45,153 bases of DNA, taken from the NCBI GenBank assembly GCA_048939245.1, contig JBHLPR010000013.1, positions 1-45,153 on the forward strand, written 5' to 3'. Source of the stretch: Promethearchaeota archaeon (GTDB lineage: Archaea; Asgardarchaeota; Hermodarchaeia; Hermodarchaeales; Hermodarchaeaceae). Of the stretch, positions 1 to 10,052 are shown one piece after another. The position numbers were made by a program, and so were the translations under genes. The notes under the pieces are model-generated. The model was given only the letters and a program-made list of their open reading frames with translations. It was not told where the DNA came from and did not search any database. Each line of letters begins with the position of its first letter. The first letter of the stretch is position 1.

Positions 1-738
1 AATTCGCCCTCCTTTCGTTTGCACTTGAAGTTCACCGCCATCAACTTCAGCTAATACCGGGCACAAATCGAGAGTTGAATCATACGGTGGAACGTGCATA
101 TTGAAAATCGCTGATTTAGGATTTTGTAATTTGGATGCCATTGTTTCAATACGTTCTTCTAGTTCCTCTTCTGGGATATCCCGAGGACATTCCCAAGGTG
201 TGACATTGCCATAGCCGAGAGAGATCATCTCGTGATCATCGTCAATCATAACGACCTTTTTATCGGGATTGATAACATAATCTGAAGCATTCAGAGCAGG
301 GTCGATTTCGAATCGATCATCGTTTCCGGGACACACGAACATCTTGATTTCTGAGTCTCCCAGTCTTTCTTCTGCCAATTTAATCCATCGTTTTAGCTCA
401 TCGTGCATGACTTTGTTGAAAAGTTTGTCAATCTCGTTTTTGTTTTCGCTTATTTTGTGAATTTCATCGGTGGATCCAATATATGGGTAATAGCCACTGT
501 TTCGAATAGTTTTGATAAGCTGGTCGAGTTCTTCTTGTGTATCAATCTCGTATGTTTTGTTCATGAATGTTAACGAATAATGATTACCGTCTTGTTTGAT
601 TGGTATGATAGCTTTGCCAGTGATGTCCCCTCCCATAATGACAACATTCGCTTCATAGAAAGGTCCGGAATTTACAAATTTTCGCCAACAACGTTCTGAG
701 CCATGAATGTCAGTTGTGAAGAAAATACGTGTCTTCAT
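1..738 (-). CDS. Calcineurin-like (Icc-related) metallophosphoesterase, truncated by window edge
   Basis: Not in ORF track. Manual translation from ATG at 738 gives MKTRIFFTTDIHGSE...MGGDITGK...CPGNDD...NMHVPPY, with DxH, GD, GNxD and H motifs. Frame is open to position 1. Confidence 0.85.
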   Translation of the reverse strand, partial: MKTRIFFTTDIHGSERCWRKFVNSGPFYEANVVIMGGDITGKAIIPIKQDGNHYSLTFMNKTYEIDTQEELDQLIKTIRNSGYYPYIGSTDEIHKISENKNEIDKLFNKVMHDELKRWIKLAEERLGDSEIKMFVCPGNDDRFEIDPALNASDYVINPDKKVVMIDDDHEMISLGYGNVTPWECPRDIPEEELEERIETMASKLQNPKSAIFNMHVPPYDSTLDLCPVLAEVDGGELQVQTKGGRI

Positions 739-1106
739 TTATTGATCACCAAATCTTTTGCTTCTGTTGAGAATTCTTAATTGGGAGAATTCAGATAGTA
801 TTGCTTCGAAGGAGAGGTCTCGAGATTAAAGACTTTCGAATCGATAAACGTTTAATATCTTAACAAAGTTGGTTAGATGCCATCTGGGTTTTGTGCAATT
901 CTGTGTGCCACACCTTCTATGCGTACTCGTTCTTTAAGGATAATATATTACTGAAAATGATTTTCCAAATCCAAGTGTTCGAAGAATTTACCTGTTAAAT
1001 TATACACCACCTGTATTCATTATGTATATTCTAGAGAGATGTAGCATATTTCGGATTTCATAAAAATTACCAAAAAAAAGTAATGGTTTTATATCATATC
1101 CATAAC

Positions 1107-1149
1107 AATGGGGGGCACGTTTGGTATTCATAAACCAAACACACCCATT
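1107..1149 (+). promoter_or_regulatory. Inverted repeat/hairpin in leader of the APC permease gene
   Basis: GTTTGGT(1119-1125)-N8-ACCAAAC(1134-1140), enclosed by AATGGG/CCCATT, just downstream of an A-tract plus TTTTATAT TATA-like element (~1072-1094). Confidence 0.35.
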
Positions 1150-1176
1150 AAAGGTCATTCTTGAGATGAATGAAAA

Positions 1177-2781
1177 ATGGGAGAAGAAATATTTGTACGA
1201 AAAGCTTCCGGTCTTGTTCGAAATGTCAGTGCTTGGGACGCTCTAGTTATGTGCATTCTGATTCCAGGCATCTTTTGGCCCTGGGTCTATCAGATGTGGG
1301 CAGTTGGTCTCCACGGTCCTGGTGTATGGACGCCACTTGCGGCGCTAATCGCAATCGCTTTCATGATTCCGAACGCCATCATGTACGTGATGTTTAGCGT
1401 TGCGATGCCCCGTTCGGGCGGCGATTATGTTTGGGTTAGCCGAATCATCCATCCAGCCGTTGGATTTGCAGTGAACTGGTACATCACCCTAATTCTGCTT
1501 TCATGGGCAGGACCTTTCGCATCCTGGATTGTCGAATGGGGTATATCGCCCATCTGGCTTACATGGGGAACCATGACAGGTGATCCAACAGGATTGATAA
1601 TTTTCAATATGTTGAACATCAACGAGGTAAAACTAGCGATAGGCACAGTGATAATCGTAGCAATGGCCATCCTTTCTTTACTTGGCTCCAAGTGGGAATT
1701 CCGGGCAGAGTGGCTGGCAATTATTATGGGTTACATTGGCCTCATGGTTTGGGCTGGTGTAATGATTGCTGGTGCCCCCTTGATTGATGCCCGTATGCAA
1801 TTGCTTACAGGAGGAGCCCTCTCGTTCGCGACCATAGTTTCGACAGCCTCAGGTGCAGGCTGGGTTGTCACGGCAGCGTTACCGATTGGGCTTGGAGTGA
1901 CGTTCTTTGCGACCACGTATACAACATTGAACTTCCTTGGATATACTAACTCAGCATACATTGCTGGAGAAATCAAAGGGGTAACACGGTCGCATATCAT
2001 CGCCATTATTGGCGCACTCTTCATTTTCGGTTTCACTGCCTTTGGTTTATATGCAGTCAACGATTATGCTCTTGGACCGGTTGTACTCAACAGTCTTGCC
2101 TATCTTGATGTAGCGGGAGATCCTCTCTGGTGGAACTATTTCCCAATTGAACCGTTAGGTAGCATTCTTTCAATGTTTGCCACAGATATACCATTTATCC
2201 CACCGTTTCTAACAGTCACCTTTGCATTTGGTTGCTTTGGTGCTGCACTTGGTCTCTTCATTTCCAGTGTTCGAAACATCTTTGCTTGGTCCTTTGACCG
2301 AGTTCTTCCCAGCTCCCTGTCAAAGGTCGATAGCAGATTTCGAGCACCCTGGGTTGCCATCATAGTGACCTTCATTATCTGTTTTATAATGAACTTCCTT
2401 TACATCTATACAACTGCCCTCGATTACTTCACCTACAGCATTCTAGCCTGGTGGATTGCGATGGTTATTGTTGGCATCGCTGGCATTATCTTCCCATGGC
2501 GAAGAAAAGACATCTTTGAACTTGCACCAGACTTTGCTAAGATGAAGATATTCGGTATTCCACTAATCTCAATATTTTCAGCGATCTCTATTCCAATATC
2601 TGTATTCATTGGATATGCATCAGTGTCCCCCGCGGTATATGGAACGATTGACTGGTCGTTTATGATCGCAGTAGTCGTGACATTCATTATCGCACCTATC
2701 ATCTACTACATCAGTTACTTCTATCACAAGTCCAAAGGCATCTCGATTGCTAAGGCACAAGCGGAGATTCCACCTGAATAA
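1177..2781 (+). CDS. APC family amino acid/amine permease
   Basis: About 12 TM helices, N-terminal FVRKASGLVR, AMPRSGGDYVWVSR, AYIAGEIK, RNIFAWSFDRVLP. Confidence 0.9.
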   Translation: MGEEIFVRKASGLVRNVSAWDALVMCILIPGIFWPWVYQMWAVGLHGPGVWTPLAALIAIAFMIPNAIMYVMFSVAMPRSGGDYVWVSRIIHPAVGFAVNWYITLILLSWAGPFASWIVEWGISPIWLTWGTMTGDPTGLIIFNMLNINEVKLAIGTVIIVAMAILSLLGSKWEFRAEWLAIIMGYIGLMVWAGVMIAGAPLIDARMQLLTGGALSFATIVSTASGAGWVVTAALPIGLGVTFFATTYTTLNFLGYTNSAYIAGEIKGVTRSHIIAIIGALFIFGFTAFGLYAVNDYALGPVVLNSLAYLDVAGDPLWWNYFPIEPLGSILSMFATDIPFIPPFLTVTFAFGCFGAALGLFISSVRNIFAWSFDRVLPSSLSKVDSRFRAPWVAIIVTFIICFIMNFLYIYTTALDYFTYSILAWWIAMVIVGIAGIIFPWRRKDIFELAPDFAKMKIFGIPLISIFSAISIPISVFIGYASVSPAVYGTIDWSFMIAVVVTFIIAPIIYYISYFYHKSKGISIAKAQAEIPPE

Positions 2782-2800
2782 ACGGCTGGAATCCCCCTCC

Positions 2801-2816
2801 TTTCTTTTTTTTATTT
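2801..2816 (+). terminator. Archaeal oligo-T terminator candidate
   Basis: TTTCTTTTTTTTATTT 20 nt after the permease stop. Confidence 0.5.
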
Positions 2817-2935
2817 ACCCTTTGTATCAAGCCAAACTTGATACAACAACATTGAATACCACCAACTTTAGAAGATTGACTAATCACAAATGAAAAAAAG
2901 AGACTACCCATTAGTGGAGAAGTAGGTGTCAAAGA

Positions 2936-4021
2936 GTGTTTGACTTAACCAGTCTTGTTCGTGAATGTGTAAAGAACTCAAAAGGCTACAATGTTAGCCA
3001 TTTCATCCGGGCGTGGTCGAATAGAGACTTATTACGAATGATGTCAAATGAAAATCCCATTCCTCCTTCAAAGGCTGTGATTGATGCTATGATAAGCGAA
3101 TTAAAAACGGCCAATTTGTATCCTGCACCACCATCAGGACTTTGTGACCGATTCGCCAGACATGTAAAAATGGACCCAGAAAACATAGCTGTGTGTGCGG
3201 GTTCGATGGAGGTAATCGATGTTCTAATCCGAACATTTGTTGAACCTGGTCAAGAAGTCATAATTCATACTCCCACATTCTCAGCTTACGAAAAATTTGC
3301 CAACCTCCATGGAACAAAACTAACTTCAATAAAAATGAGCCCTCCTGAATTCCTATATCCCTTTGAAGAGATGGAAAAACACATTGCTGATAATACGAAA
3401 ATCGTTTTTGTCTGTACACCAAATAATCCAACAGGAAATTATTGTACCAAAGAAGATATCCGAAGATTAGCAAGAAACAATGTAATTGTTGCTGTAGACG
3501 AAGCCTACGCCGAGTATATTGACCAAAATATGACAGATCTCATCTCCTCTCACCCCAATGTGGTCTTCATTCGAACACTTTCAAAGGCTTGGGGCCTTGC
3601 AGGGTTACGTATTGGCTATTTGATTGCCGATGAAAGAATTATTGAGTATTTCAGTCGGGTCGCTCAACCTTTCCACATCTCAATGCCTATTCAACGAGGA
3701 GTGGAAGCGGCCTTTGATGACCCAAATTACTTGCGAGAACGTGTTGAAGCCAATAGAGCAGGTGTTGATTTTATCCGGAAAGAGCTAGAAGCAATTCCAG
3801 GAGTTGAAACATTTCCCTCAAGTGGTAATTTCGTGTTAATCAATGCTGGCGGTACTGGCCGAGATACTAAAGAAATCATCGAAACCCTCTTAGACGTGGG
3901 AATCTTTGCAAGAGATATGTCTAGCCATCGTTTGGGTGGCGCATATTTCCGAATTACGGTGAGTACACCAGAAAACAATCAACGATTTGTTGAAGCACTT
4001 AAACGCATTCTCAAAGCATAA
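2936..4021 (+). CDS. PLP-dependent aminotransferase class I/II (HisC/CobD-like)
   Basis: SNENP, PNNPTG, VDEAY, RTLSKAWGLAGLRIGY (PLP Lys). GTG start with AGGTG SD. Confidence 0.88.
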   Translation: MFDLTSLVRECVKNSKGYNVSHFIRAWSNRDLLRMMSNENPIPPSKAVIDAMISELKTANLYPAPPSGLCDRFARHVKMDPENIAVCAGSMEVIDVLIRTFVEPGQEVIIHTPTFSAYEKFANLHGTKLTSIKMSPPEFLYPFEEMEKHIADNTKIVFVCTPNNPTGNYCTKEDIRRLARNNVIVAVDEAYAEYIDQNMTDLISSHPNVVFIRTLSKAWGLAGLRIGYLIADERIIEYFSRVAQPFHISMPIQRGVEAAFDDPNYLRERVEANRAGVDFIRKELEAIPGVETFPSSGNFVLINAGGTGRDTKEIIETLLDVGIFARDMSSHRLGGAYFRITVSTPENNQRFVEALKRILKA

Positions 4022-4052
4022 ACCTCACTAGCACCTTTAGGAAGGAGGCAAG

Positions 4053-5585
4053 ATGACTAAAAAAGACGGGTACATAATTGCACACGATTTTGGCACGAGC
4101 GGAGATAAGGCTGTTCTAACAGACCTCAAAGGGAACGTTCTTGCATCAGAATATCGAGAGTACCAGCTTCTCTACCCGAAAGCCCATTGGGTGGAACAAA
4201 ATCCAAAAGAGTGGTGGCAGGCATTTTGCACCACGACCAAAGCTGTAGCAAAGAAAGCAAAATCCCCTGATGACATTCTAGCCATCGCGCCATCAGCACA
4301 GATGATTACCATAATGCCTGTTGATAAAACTGGAAAGCCCTTACGAAATTCAATCAGTTGGCTGGATTTACGGGCAACAAAACAAGGAGAATGGCTTCAA
4401 GAATTCACAGACGAAATTTATCCAATACTGGGAATGGCACCATCAGCAAAAGACATTGTAAGTCGCATTCTTTGGATAAAAGAGAAGGAACCAAAAATTT
4501 ATGCTAACACGCACAAATTCTTAGATTGCAAAGATTTTCTCGAATTTAGACTCACAGGTAATTTTGTTACCGACTGGAGTAATGCTTCGCTTTATGGGCT
4601 TTTCAATATCCATGAACACAAATGGTCAGAACGTGTTTGTGAGATCATCGAGATATCCCCAGAAAGACTCCCCGAAGCACATCCCTCAACAGAGATCATT
4701 GGAGAAGTAACAAAAGAAGCAGCGCAAGAAGTTGGCGTTCCCGCTGGAACACCCGTTGTAGCAACAGGAGGCGATGTAGCGGTTGCCGCCATTGGTTCAG
4801 GAAGTGTGCGTGAGGGTGACAGTCATGTTTGCATCGGAACTGCTACGTGGATTGGGGTCACCACAAAAGAGGTGTTAATTGACCCACATAAACGCTATTT
4901 AACAATGTGTTCTGGCGACCCAGAAAAAAACATCCTCATGGGAGAAATGGAAACCGGAGGTGCTGCCCTCCGTTGGTTACGTGATCTTCTTCAGAATTTC
5001 CAAGATTCACCTACACCTGGGAGTATTACCTACTCTAAACTGGACCGATTGGCTGATGAGGTTCCTCCAGGATCTGATCAATTACTTTTTACTCCCTGGA
5101 TGTCCGGTGAACGATCTCCCCTTAACGATCATAACGCTCGAGGAACTTATCTGGGCTTAAAACTTGGACACACAATGGGACACCTAATTCGAGCCATCTT
5201 AGAAGGAGTTGCATTCAACATTCGATGGATTCTCGACTCCGTAGAGGAAACCGCTCCATTTGAAATTCACAGCATCTGCGGTGTTGGAGGAGGAGCAGCT
5301 AGTGAATTATGGATGCAAATCATCTCAGATGTAACAGGTCGAACCATTCGTATCGTCGAAGAACCACTAAACACCGGATCGATTGGGGCTGCTTTAACTG
5401 GCGCTGTTGCGCTGGGAATCTATCCAAGTTTCGAGTCGTTATTAGAAGTAATCCATACAAAGACGCAGTTACAGTGTAATCAACAGACATATGAATACTA
5501 CACGCAACTATATCCGATCTTTAAACAATCATATCAACAACTGTCTCCAATCTTTGATAGTTTAGCAAAGATGGATGAGCATTAG
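4053..5585 (+). CDS. FGGY-family carbohydrate kinase (xylulokinase-like)
   Basis: HDFGTSGDKA, WVEQNP, SWLDLRA, GGD, PWMSGERSP, RAILEGVAF, GGGA. Confidence 0.9.
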   Translation: MTKKDGYIIAHDFGTSGDKAVLTDLKGNVLASEYREYQLLYPKAHWVEQNPKEWWQAFCTTTKAVAKKAKSPDDILAIAPSAQMITIMPVDKTGKPLRNSISWLDLRATKQGEWLQEFTDEIYPILGMAPSAKDIVSRILWIKEKEPKIYANTHKFLDCKDFLEFRLTGNFVTDWSNASLYGLFNIHEHKWSERVCEIIEISPERLPEAHPSTEIIGEVTKEAAQEVGVPAGTPVVATGGDVAVAAIGSGSVREGDSHVCIGTATWIGVTTKEVLIDPHKRYLTMCSGDPEKNILMGEMETGGAALRWLRDLLQNFQDSPTPGSITYSKLDRLADEVPPGSDQLLFTPWMSGERSPLNDHNARGTYLGLKLGHTMGHLIRAILEGVAFNIRWILDSVEETAPFEIHSICGVGGGAASELWMQIISDVTGRTIRIVEEPLNTGSIGAALTGAVALGIYPSFESLLEVIHTKTQLQCNQQTYEYYTQLYPIFKQSYQQLSPIFDSLAKMDEH

Positions 5586-5642
5586 GATATAAATCGCAGA
5601 AGTAACATCTCTTCAACAACAATTGCAGGATGTCAATATTTA

Positions 5643-6509
5643 ATGAACGAAACCCCGAAGGCACCAATGTCTGATAAAGAATTTCTAAAAGAAGCCACAC
5701 ACATCGTCGATCAAGCGGAAGAACATGGTCTAGCAATACGCATACTTGGAGCATTAGCTATTAGAATGCAGACCCCGCATAAAATCGACCTTCATAAAAA
5801 TCTAGATCGTCTAGGGGAGGGGGGAATGAGCTTTACCGATATCGATTTAATTGGTCCCAAAAGTCAACGACGGGATATCGAAAAGTTTTTTGAAAAAACA
5901 CTAGGTTTCGAAGTTGACCGTTATGCATTATTAGCCGCTAAAGACCGATACATTTACCATCATTCGCAAAAGCCCTATTATGTTGACGTATTTTTGGACA
6001 CGTTGGATTTTAGCCATGAAATCAGATTTGCTCGAAAAAAGGACTTTCATAGATTACTCCTTGATAAACCAACAATTACCTTAGCAGACCTGGTTTTAGA
6101 AAAAACTCAGATTCATGACATCAATGAGAAAGACATCAAAGATCTCATCACATTATTCGCAGGTCAAGAAGTAGGTACTACGGATAAAGAACCAAAAACT
6201 ATTAACGAAATCTATATCGCAGAAATTCTTTGCGACGATTGGGGATTTTGGTATGATGCAAATACGAATCTGAGGAAGGTTATCGAATTTGTTCAGAAAT
6301 ATTCTGATGAACAACTAATCAGTCGTGATGAATGTAATCTTGTCGTTGCCCGCGTCGAGAAATTGTTGAAGACCATCGAAGAGACTCCAAAGACAAAGAA
6401 CTGGCAGAAACGAGCGAAGAAGGGAACGAAGAAAAAATGGTGGAAAGATGTCGAAGAATCTGATCGGGGAGCTGACCAGCATACCATCCAAAAGGATGGT
6501 TGGTTCTAG
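5643..6509 (+). CDS. Uncharacterised Pol-beta-superfamily nucleotidyltransferase-like protein
   Basis: LGALAI...TDIDLI (DxD)...VDVF (third Asp)...EKDIKD pattern. Confidence 0.6.
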   Translation: MNETPKAPMSDKEFLKEATHIVDQAEEHGLAIRILGALAIRMQTPHKIDLHKNLDRLGEGGMSFTDIDLIGPKSQRRDIEKFFEKTLGFEVDRYALLAAKDRYIYHHSQKPYYVDVFLDTLDFSHEIRFARKKDFHRLLLDKPTITLADLVLEKTQIHDINEKDIKDLITLFAGQEVGTTDKEPKTINEIYIAEILCDDWGFWYDANTNLRKVIEFVQKYSDEQLISRDECNLVVARVEKLLKTIEETPKTKNWQKRAKKGTKKKWWKDVEESDRGADQHTIQKDGWF

Positions 6510-6700
6510 ATTCAGACATTATTGAACACAAACCACCACTCTCAAGTGGATATACCGTCTAATGTTGACTCCCAGAATTTTAAGTGTAAATTTAGATATT
6601 TTTCCAATTGCGAAATAACAACTGGCAAAAAAATTGTTGTAGTAGAAGGCTTTTTTAGCAGAAGAGAATCATAATGGTGACCCACTGGAGAGTGCGCCAT

Positions 6701-7855
6701 GTGCAGTTGCTATTACCCCCACCATTGGACGCGATTGTCACGTTATTAATGATTATCATCTTTCCTGGGTTCCTATTCCTGACAGGTTATGCCTTCTACA
6801 TGGAATGGGTGGACCGGAAATTTTACGCTGACCAACATCACCGCATCGGCCCATTATACACAGGCTGGCGGGGCATCCTTCAACCCTTTGCAGACTTTGT
6901 CAAACTGATGGCAAAAGAGGATGTCACCCCCGCAGCGGTAGATAAAATTGGCTTTACCCTCACCCCGATACTAGCGTTAGCCATTCCTATAACTGTCCTT
7001 TTACTAGTCCCAATCGGCATTTCTCAGACGGCCTTCTTTACGGTGACCGGAATCATGTATTTTGAAGGGGACCTGTTAATGATCGGCTTCTTTAGCACCA
7101 TGTTTACCATAATGCTCTTCATTGCTGGCTGGTCCTCATCGAACCGGTTTGGATTTACGGGAGCCATGCGTGGTATCGTGCAGATGCTGGCTTATGAAAT
7201 TCCCTTAGTACTTTCACTCTTTGCCGCGGGCATGGTTGCAGGAAGTCTCAGCTTGAGCGGCGTCGTAATCTACCAAGCCAACCTCGGATTACCCCTCATC
7301 GTGAATCCTGCGTTCATTGGCCTATTCATCGTCTTCCTCATCGCCGCACAAGCAGAAGCTGAACGCATTCCCTTTGACGCCCCCATCGCGGAAACCGAAA
7401 TCGTTGGTGGCTGGGAAACCGAATTCTCTGGCAAGAAACTCGCCTTCTTCCGCCTTTCCAACAACTTCGAAGTCCTACTTGCCGCAGCCCTTGGAACCGC
7501 CGTCTTCCTCGGTGGCCCCCTCGGTCCAGAAGTCTTTATGGTATTCCTTGCCAATGGAGGCTTTATTCCCGGCGTCAACATTAGCTCAGGGCAATACATG
7601 ACCTGGATAACTGGGAATATGCCCTTCCTCCTTATCCCCGCCGTTGCTGCGATCTACTACACGTTCTGGTTCATCATAAAAACGACCATTATCGTCCTAA
7701 TCTTATCCAATATGAAGGCCCTCATGTCCCGCTGGCGCATCGATCAAATTGCCCATGACAGTTGGAAATGGGTCATCCCTATAAGCCTCCTCTTGGTAGG
7801 TATCTTGCTAGCCTGGCCCTTCATAATGGACTTCATCGTCGCCCTATCCCCCTAG
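6701..7855 (+). CDS. nuoH: Complex I subunit 1 family membrane protein (NuoH/HycD/MbhM-like)
   Basis: RIGP...GILQPFADFVKLMAKE, QMLAYEIP, RIPFDAPIAETEIVGGWETEFSG, RWRIDQ. GTG 6701 follows GGAG, alternative start ATG 6674. Confidence 0.88.
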   Translation: MQLLLPPPLDAIVTLLMIIIFPGFLFLTGYAFYMEWVDRKFYADQHHRIGPLYTGWRGILQPFADFVKLMAKEDVTPAAVDKIGFTLTPILALAIPITVLLLVPIGISQTAFFTVTGIMYFEGDLLMIGFFSTMFTIMLFIAGWSSSNRFGFTGAMRGIVQMLAYEIPLVLSLFAAGMVAGSLSLSGVVIYQANLGLPLIVNPAFIGLFIVFLIAAQAEAERIPFDAPIAETEIVGGWETEFSGKKLAFFRLSNNFEVLLAAALGTAVFLGGPLGPEVFMVFLANGGFIPGVNISSGQYMTWITGNMPFLLIPAVAAIYYTFWFIIKTTIIVLILSNMKALMSRWRIDQIAHDSWKWVIPISLLLVGILLAWPFIMDFIVALSP

Positions 7856-7870
7856 GAGTGTGAAAAAAAC

Positions 7871-8266
7871 ATGCCACGACCTGGAGCAATGGAAACCGAA
7901 ATCCTAAGCACTGTTCTCAAAAGAAAATCTGCCACTATCCGCTATCCCTTCCAAGACGCCGTCCGTCCCGAACGGCTCCGGGGCAAAATCGAGCACGACA
8001 TCGAAAAATGCACTGGCTGTGGTCTCTGCAGCCGTGATTGCCCCGCTACCGCTATAGAAATGGTTCCATCCACCAAAACCAAAACCCAAAAGAAGCCTAA
8101 ATTCCGCTTCGACCGCTGCATTTGGTGCGGCACCTGTGAAGCCGTCTGCCCGAAGAAGGCAATCACTTTGACACCGAATTTTGAGTTGGCGGCATTTACA
8201 TTGAAGGATGACCATCTATTTGTCGTATCAGAGGATCCGGAGCCTGCAGAGAAAGTCGAAGAGTAG
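7871..8266 (+). CDS. nuoI: 2x[4Fe-4S] subunit (NuoI/HycF/MbhN-like)
   Basis: ATIRYP, RLRG, CTGCGLCSRDCP and CIWCGTCEAVCP. Confidence 0.85.
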   Translation: MPRPGAMETEILSTVLKRKSATIRYPFQDAVRPERLRGKIEHDIEKCTGCGLCSRDCPATAIEMVPSTKTKTQKKPKFRFDRCIWCGTCEAVCPKKAITLTPNFELAAFTLKDDHLFVVSEDPEPAEKVEE

Positions 8267-8342
8267 CCTGAACGTGTTGTTAGGACACTTTTAGTTGATT
8301 CGATTAAGTAGTGGATTCTGGGATAATCGAATAGTTAGAAAT

Positions 8343-9209
8343 TTAATGTTGTCCTTTTAGTCGTTCTAAGAGTCGATCGACGACATGTTGGAAGGCATTG
8401 GCGACCGGAGATTTGGCATCAGTGACGATGAAGGGTTTTCCTTCGTCGGAGAGAGTCATGACGCGGGGGTCAAAGGGGAGGTCGCCGAGGTAGAAGAGGC
8501 TGAGGTCTTGAGCGGCTTGTTTGCCGCCGCCTTTGCCGAAAAGGTTGGTGACTTTGCCGCAGTGGGGGCAGTGGAAGCCAGACATATTTTCGATAAGACC
8601 GAGGATTGGCACGTTCATGGTACGGGCCATTGTGGCTGCTTTACGGGAGTCGAGAAGGGCGACTTCCTGGGGTGTGGTGACGATGATGACACCGTCGAGG
8701 TCGGGGAGGAGTTGCATGATGCTGAGGGATTCATCACCGGTGCCAGGTGGTAGGTCGATGATGAGGTATTCTAGTTTGCCCCAGTTGACTTTGGAGAGGA
8801 ATTCGCTGAGGACGCGCATTTTGAGGGGACCGCGCCAGATTACGGGGGTGTCGGCGGATTGGAGGAGGAATTCCATGGAAACGCTGAGGATGTTGAGGGG
8901 ACCTACAACGGGTTCGAGGCCTTTGTCCCCGCCAATCATGCGGGTGCCTTCGAGGCCCAGCATTTTGGGGACGTTGGGTCCAGTGATGTCTGCGTCGAGG
9001 ATGCCAACCACGTTTCCTTTCCAAGCGAGTGCGGTGGCGAGGTTGATGGCGACAGTGGTTTTACCAACGCCACCTTTACCGGAGAGGATGGCGATCTTAT
9101 GTTTGACATGGCGCATTTTTTCAGCGATTTCTTGTTCAGCACTAGTTTGAGCGCCAATCTTGAGATCTTTGGGAATTTTACCTGAGGGTTTAGAGGTGTC
9201 TTTCGGCAT
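8343..9209 (-). CDS. mrp: Mrp/ApbC/NBP35 Fe-S cluster carrier ATPase
   Basis: SGKGGVGKT, DADITGP, PVIWRGP, DLPPGTGD, VTTPQ, ENMS..CPHC. Likely start ATG 9209. Confidence 0.93.
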   Translation of the reverse strand: MPKDTSKPSGKIPKDLKIGAQTSAEQEIAEKMRHVKHKIAILSGKGGVGKTTVAINLATALAWKGNVVGILDADITGPNVPKMLGLEGTRMIGGDKGLEPVVGPLNILSVSMEFLLQSADTPVIWRGPLKMRVLSEFLSKVNWGKLEYLIIDLPPGTGDESLSIMQLLPDLDGVIIVTTPQEVALLDSRKAATMARTMNVPILGLIENMSGFHCPHCGKVTNLFGKGGGKQAAQDLSLFYLGDLPFDPRVMTLSDEGKPFIVTDAKSPVANAFQHVVDRLLERLKGQH

Positions 9210-9350
9210 AGAAATAATCACGACCAGAGAAGAGTCGGATGTTGGCTGCTTTATGGGGAACACCTTTAATGTTACGCATCAGCAAAGCACAATAACTCCT
9301 CAAATCGGGTAGGGTTCAGCTATTGAGTTAATGCGTTGTGAGATGATTTC

Positions 9351-10046
9351 ATGGTCCAAGTAATTGCACATCGGGGAACAGGAATAGGTCAGCGCGAGAA
9401 TACCCTTCAAGCTTTTAAAACTGCTATCTCTTGGGGCGTCGATTGTATTGAATGTGACATTCGAAATTCACGCGATTGGGTCGCTGTAATTATACATGAT
9501 CTATCATTAGACCGATTTCCCAGTACAACAGGAAAAGTCGCTGATTATTCCTTATCAGAATTAAAAGCGATAGAAATTGGTAAGGTAGAAAGAATTCCGA
9601 CATTGACCGAATTTTTCGACTTGGTAGCACCTAATAAAGATGTAGGTATTGACTTGGATGTCAAGATTATCGGTATGGAAGCCCAGATAATGGATAGGCT
9701 TCAAGAATACGATTTGGTTCATCGAACGATGATTTCATCGTTTATTCAACCAGTATTGAAAGAAGTTCGCAGACTTAACGATGATATTGTGACAGCTCTT
9801 TTGTATGAGTATGATTTGCGAAATCCGGTTGAAGTGGCAAAGGGTCTTGGATGTACGGCGATAAATCCGCAATTGCATTTTATTGATTCAACGCTTATAG
9901 CGAAATGCCATCGAGAAGGATTGAAGATTAATCCGTGGGTGATTAATGAACCTGAGGAAATGCGTCGATTCATTGAATACGGTGTTGATGGTATAATTAC
10001 TGATTTGCCCCTACTTCTACTCAAGATGCTCAACCGTGGAAGTTGA
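9351..10046 (+). CDS. Glycerophosphodiester phosphodiesterase
   Basis: IAHRG, ENT, ECD, IHD, IPTL, WVIN, GVDGIITD. Confidence 0.92.
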   Translation: MVQVIAHRGTGIGQRENTLQAFKTAISWGVDCIECDIRNSRDWVAVIIHDLSLDRFPSTTGKVADYSLSELKAIEIGKVERIPTLTEFFDLVAPNKDVGIDLDVKIIGMEAQIMDRLQEYDLVHRTMISSFIQPVLKEVRRLNDDIVTALLYEYDLRNPVEVAKGLGCTAINPQLHFIDSTLIAKCHREGLKINPWVINEPEEMRRFIEYGVDGIITDLPLLLLKMLNRGS

Positions 10047-10052
10047 TGAAGC

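Noticed and set aside
7853-7870. In-frame TAG between nuoH and nuoI as genome-wide amber/pyrrolysine recoding
   Set aside because: TAGGAG is explained as stop plus SD before a normal ATG, and TAG ends cdc48 and tbp at their natural C-termini
8385-9185. Long antisense ORFs over mrp (and similar ones over cdc48, dapA-fae, M20)
   Set aside because: Shadow frames of well-supported genes with no motifs of their own
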